The notes beneath the pieces were generated by a model. It was given only the letters and a program-made list of their open reading frames with translations. It made no database searches and was not told where the DNA came from. Positions 63,089 to 64,000 of a stretch of 64,000 nucleotides of DNA are shown piece after piece; position 1 is the first letter of the stretch, and each line of letters starts with the position of its first letter. The position numbers and the translations under genes were made by a program. Where the stretch lies: contig JAQGDQ010000601.1 of NCBI GenBank assembly GCA_030141605.1, positions 1-64,000 of the forward strand, given 5' to 3'. Source of the DNA: Tubiluchus corallicola. Its lineage: Eukaryota; Animalia; Priapulida.

Positions 63089-64000
63089 CTTTAAAGTATA
63101 GCCCACAAAAATTTCTGTACAAAGTTATTTTCCAGACCTGTTTGAAAGACTTACACAATTGGAAAAGTTCCTAATAATTCAAAATGTTTGCACCCCCTGG
63201 TAAAACGGCACTGCATCACCATCCCAGTTTGCACCACTGTTTCGCCAAAAAAGACATTGATCTGACAATTCAAAATAATCTAAACTTTTGCTTAGTTAGC
63301 ACACAGTGAGCTATCTCTGTTAATTTTTCAACGTTTACACAATGCCATCTAAACTTGTTTCAAATGATTTACCGTTGAAATGGCCTAACTGTTATTGCAG
63401 GAGTTTAAATTTACAAGTTGTATACGGTGTTATTGCTAATGCAAATCCTGCATGCAATAAGACAGTATGTAAGTGATGCAAAATTTCAAACCGAATTTTT
63501 AAACTTTATATATATGTGGATGATTTTAGGTGCTTTAATATACATAATTCACTATTAAGCTGCTACTAACCAGTACTTTATATATATATATATATATCAT
63601 TAAATCAGTTGGTGCCTGATCATAATTAGGAGGAACAAAAGTTCTTTTAGCACAATTAAATACATACTTCGTGCAGGTTTTAACACAACGAAGCTGAAAA
63701 CTTAGTTATTCAGTGTTGCTGCACAGTATTATGCAAACAAATTTACGTAGACAAATGTTTTACCCCATCAAATTTGTTTCTCTAATGTTTACTTATCAAC
63801 AAAACAGTTACTCAGCGTACTACTAATAAAATCCGCCTACAACTGCTGACAAAGGGCCTGACAAAAGATAAACAAAACCAACATAAATGGACAGGTTAGA
63901 TGAGCTAATGAATGGCATAGATGTCATGTGTGTCAACAAAAACCTTTTCAGCCTGGCCAATGAACAACATGCTATTCATCTAAAACAACCTTTACAAAAC

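Larger units (their letters stand above)
61765..64000 (+). repeat. Recent segmental duplicate of 51451..53266
   Basis: Colinear high identity through CDS and intergenic DNA up to the window end. Confidence 0.95.

Overview
AT-rich eukaryotic DNA from an invertebrate, probably a protostome; no prokaryotic features or CRISPR. Bases 402-38305 hold the 3' 22 exons of a polycystin-1-like (PKD1L/REJ family) gene on +, whose 5' end lies upstream of the window. I chained the exons by hand with consistent splice phases: 5276 nt, which is 2 nt plus 1758 codons including the stop. The protein has the usual GPS, TM1, PLAT and 11-TM layout. It also has two unusual inserts before the GPS, on the predicted extracellular side: a ~225-aa segment with 33 Cys and a second PLAT domain bounded by phase-1 introns. 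Its last intron is apparently GC-AG. Downstream are five intronless + strand CDSs: CTP synthase, an LRR type-I membrane protein, and three short (440-470 aa) ionotropic-receptor-like genes without an amino-terminal domain. A 5'-truncated, frameshifted recent duplicate of the first IR follows and runs off the window end. Introns and intergenic DNA are dense with MITEs (hAT, pogo/Tc1, Harbinger-like), tRNA-derived SINEs, a CR1/L2 RT fragment, an LTR remnant, a telomere-like 43-bp satellite and microsatellites. Family assignments come from motif recognition only, with no database search.
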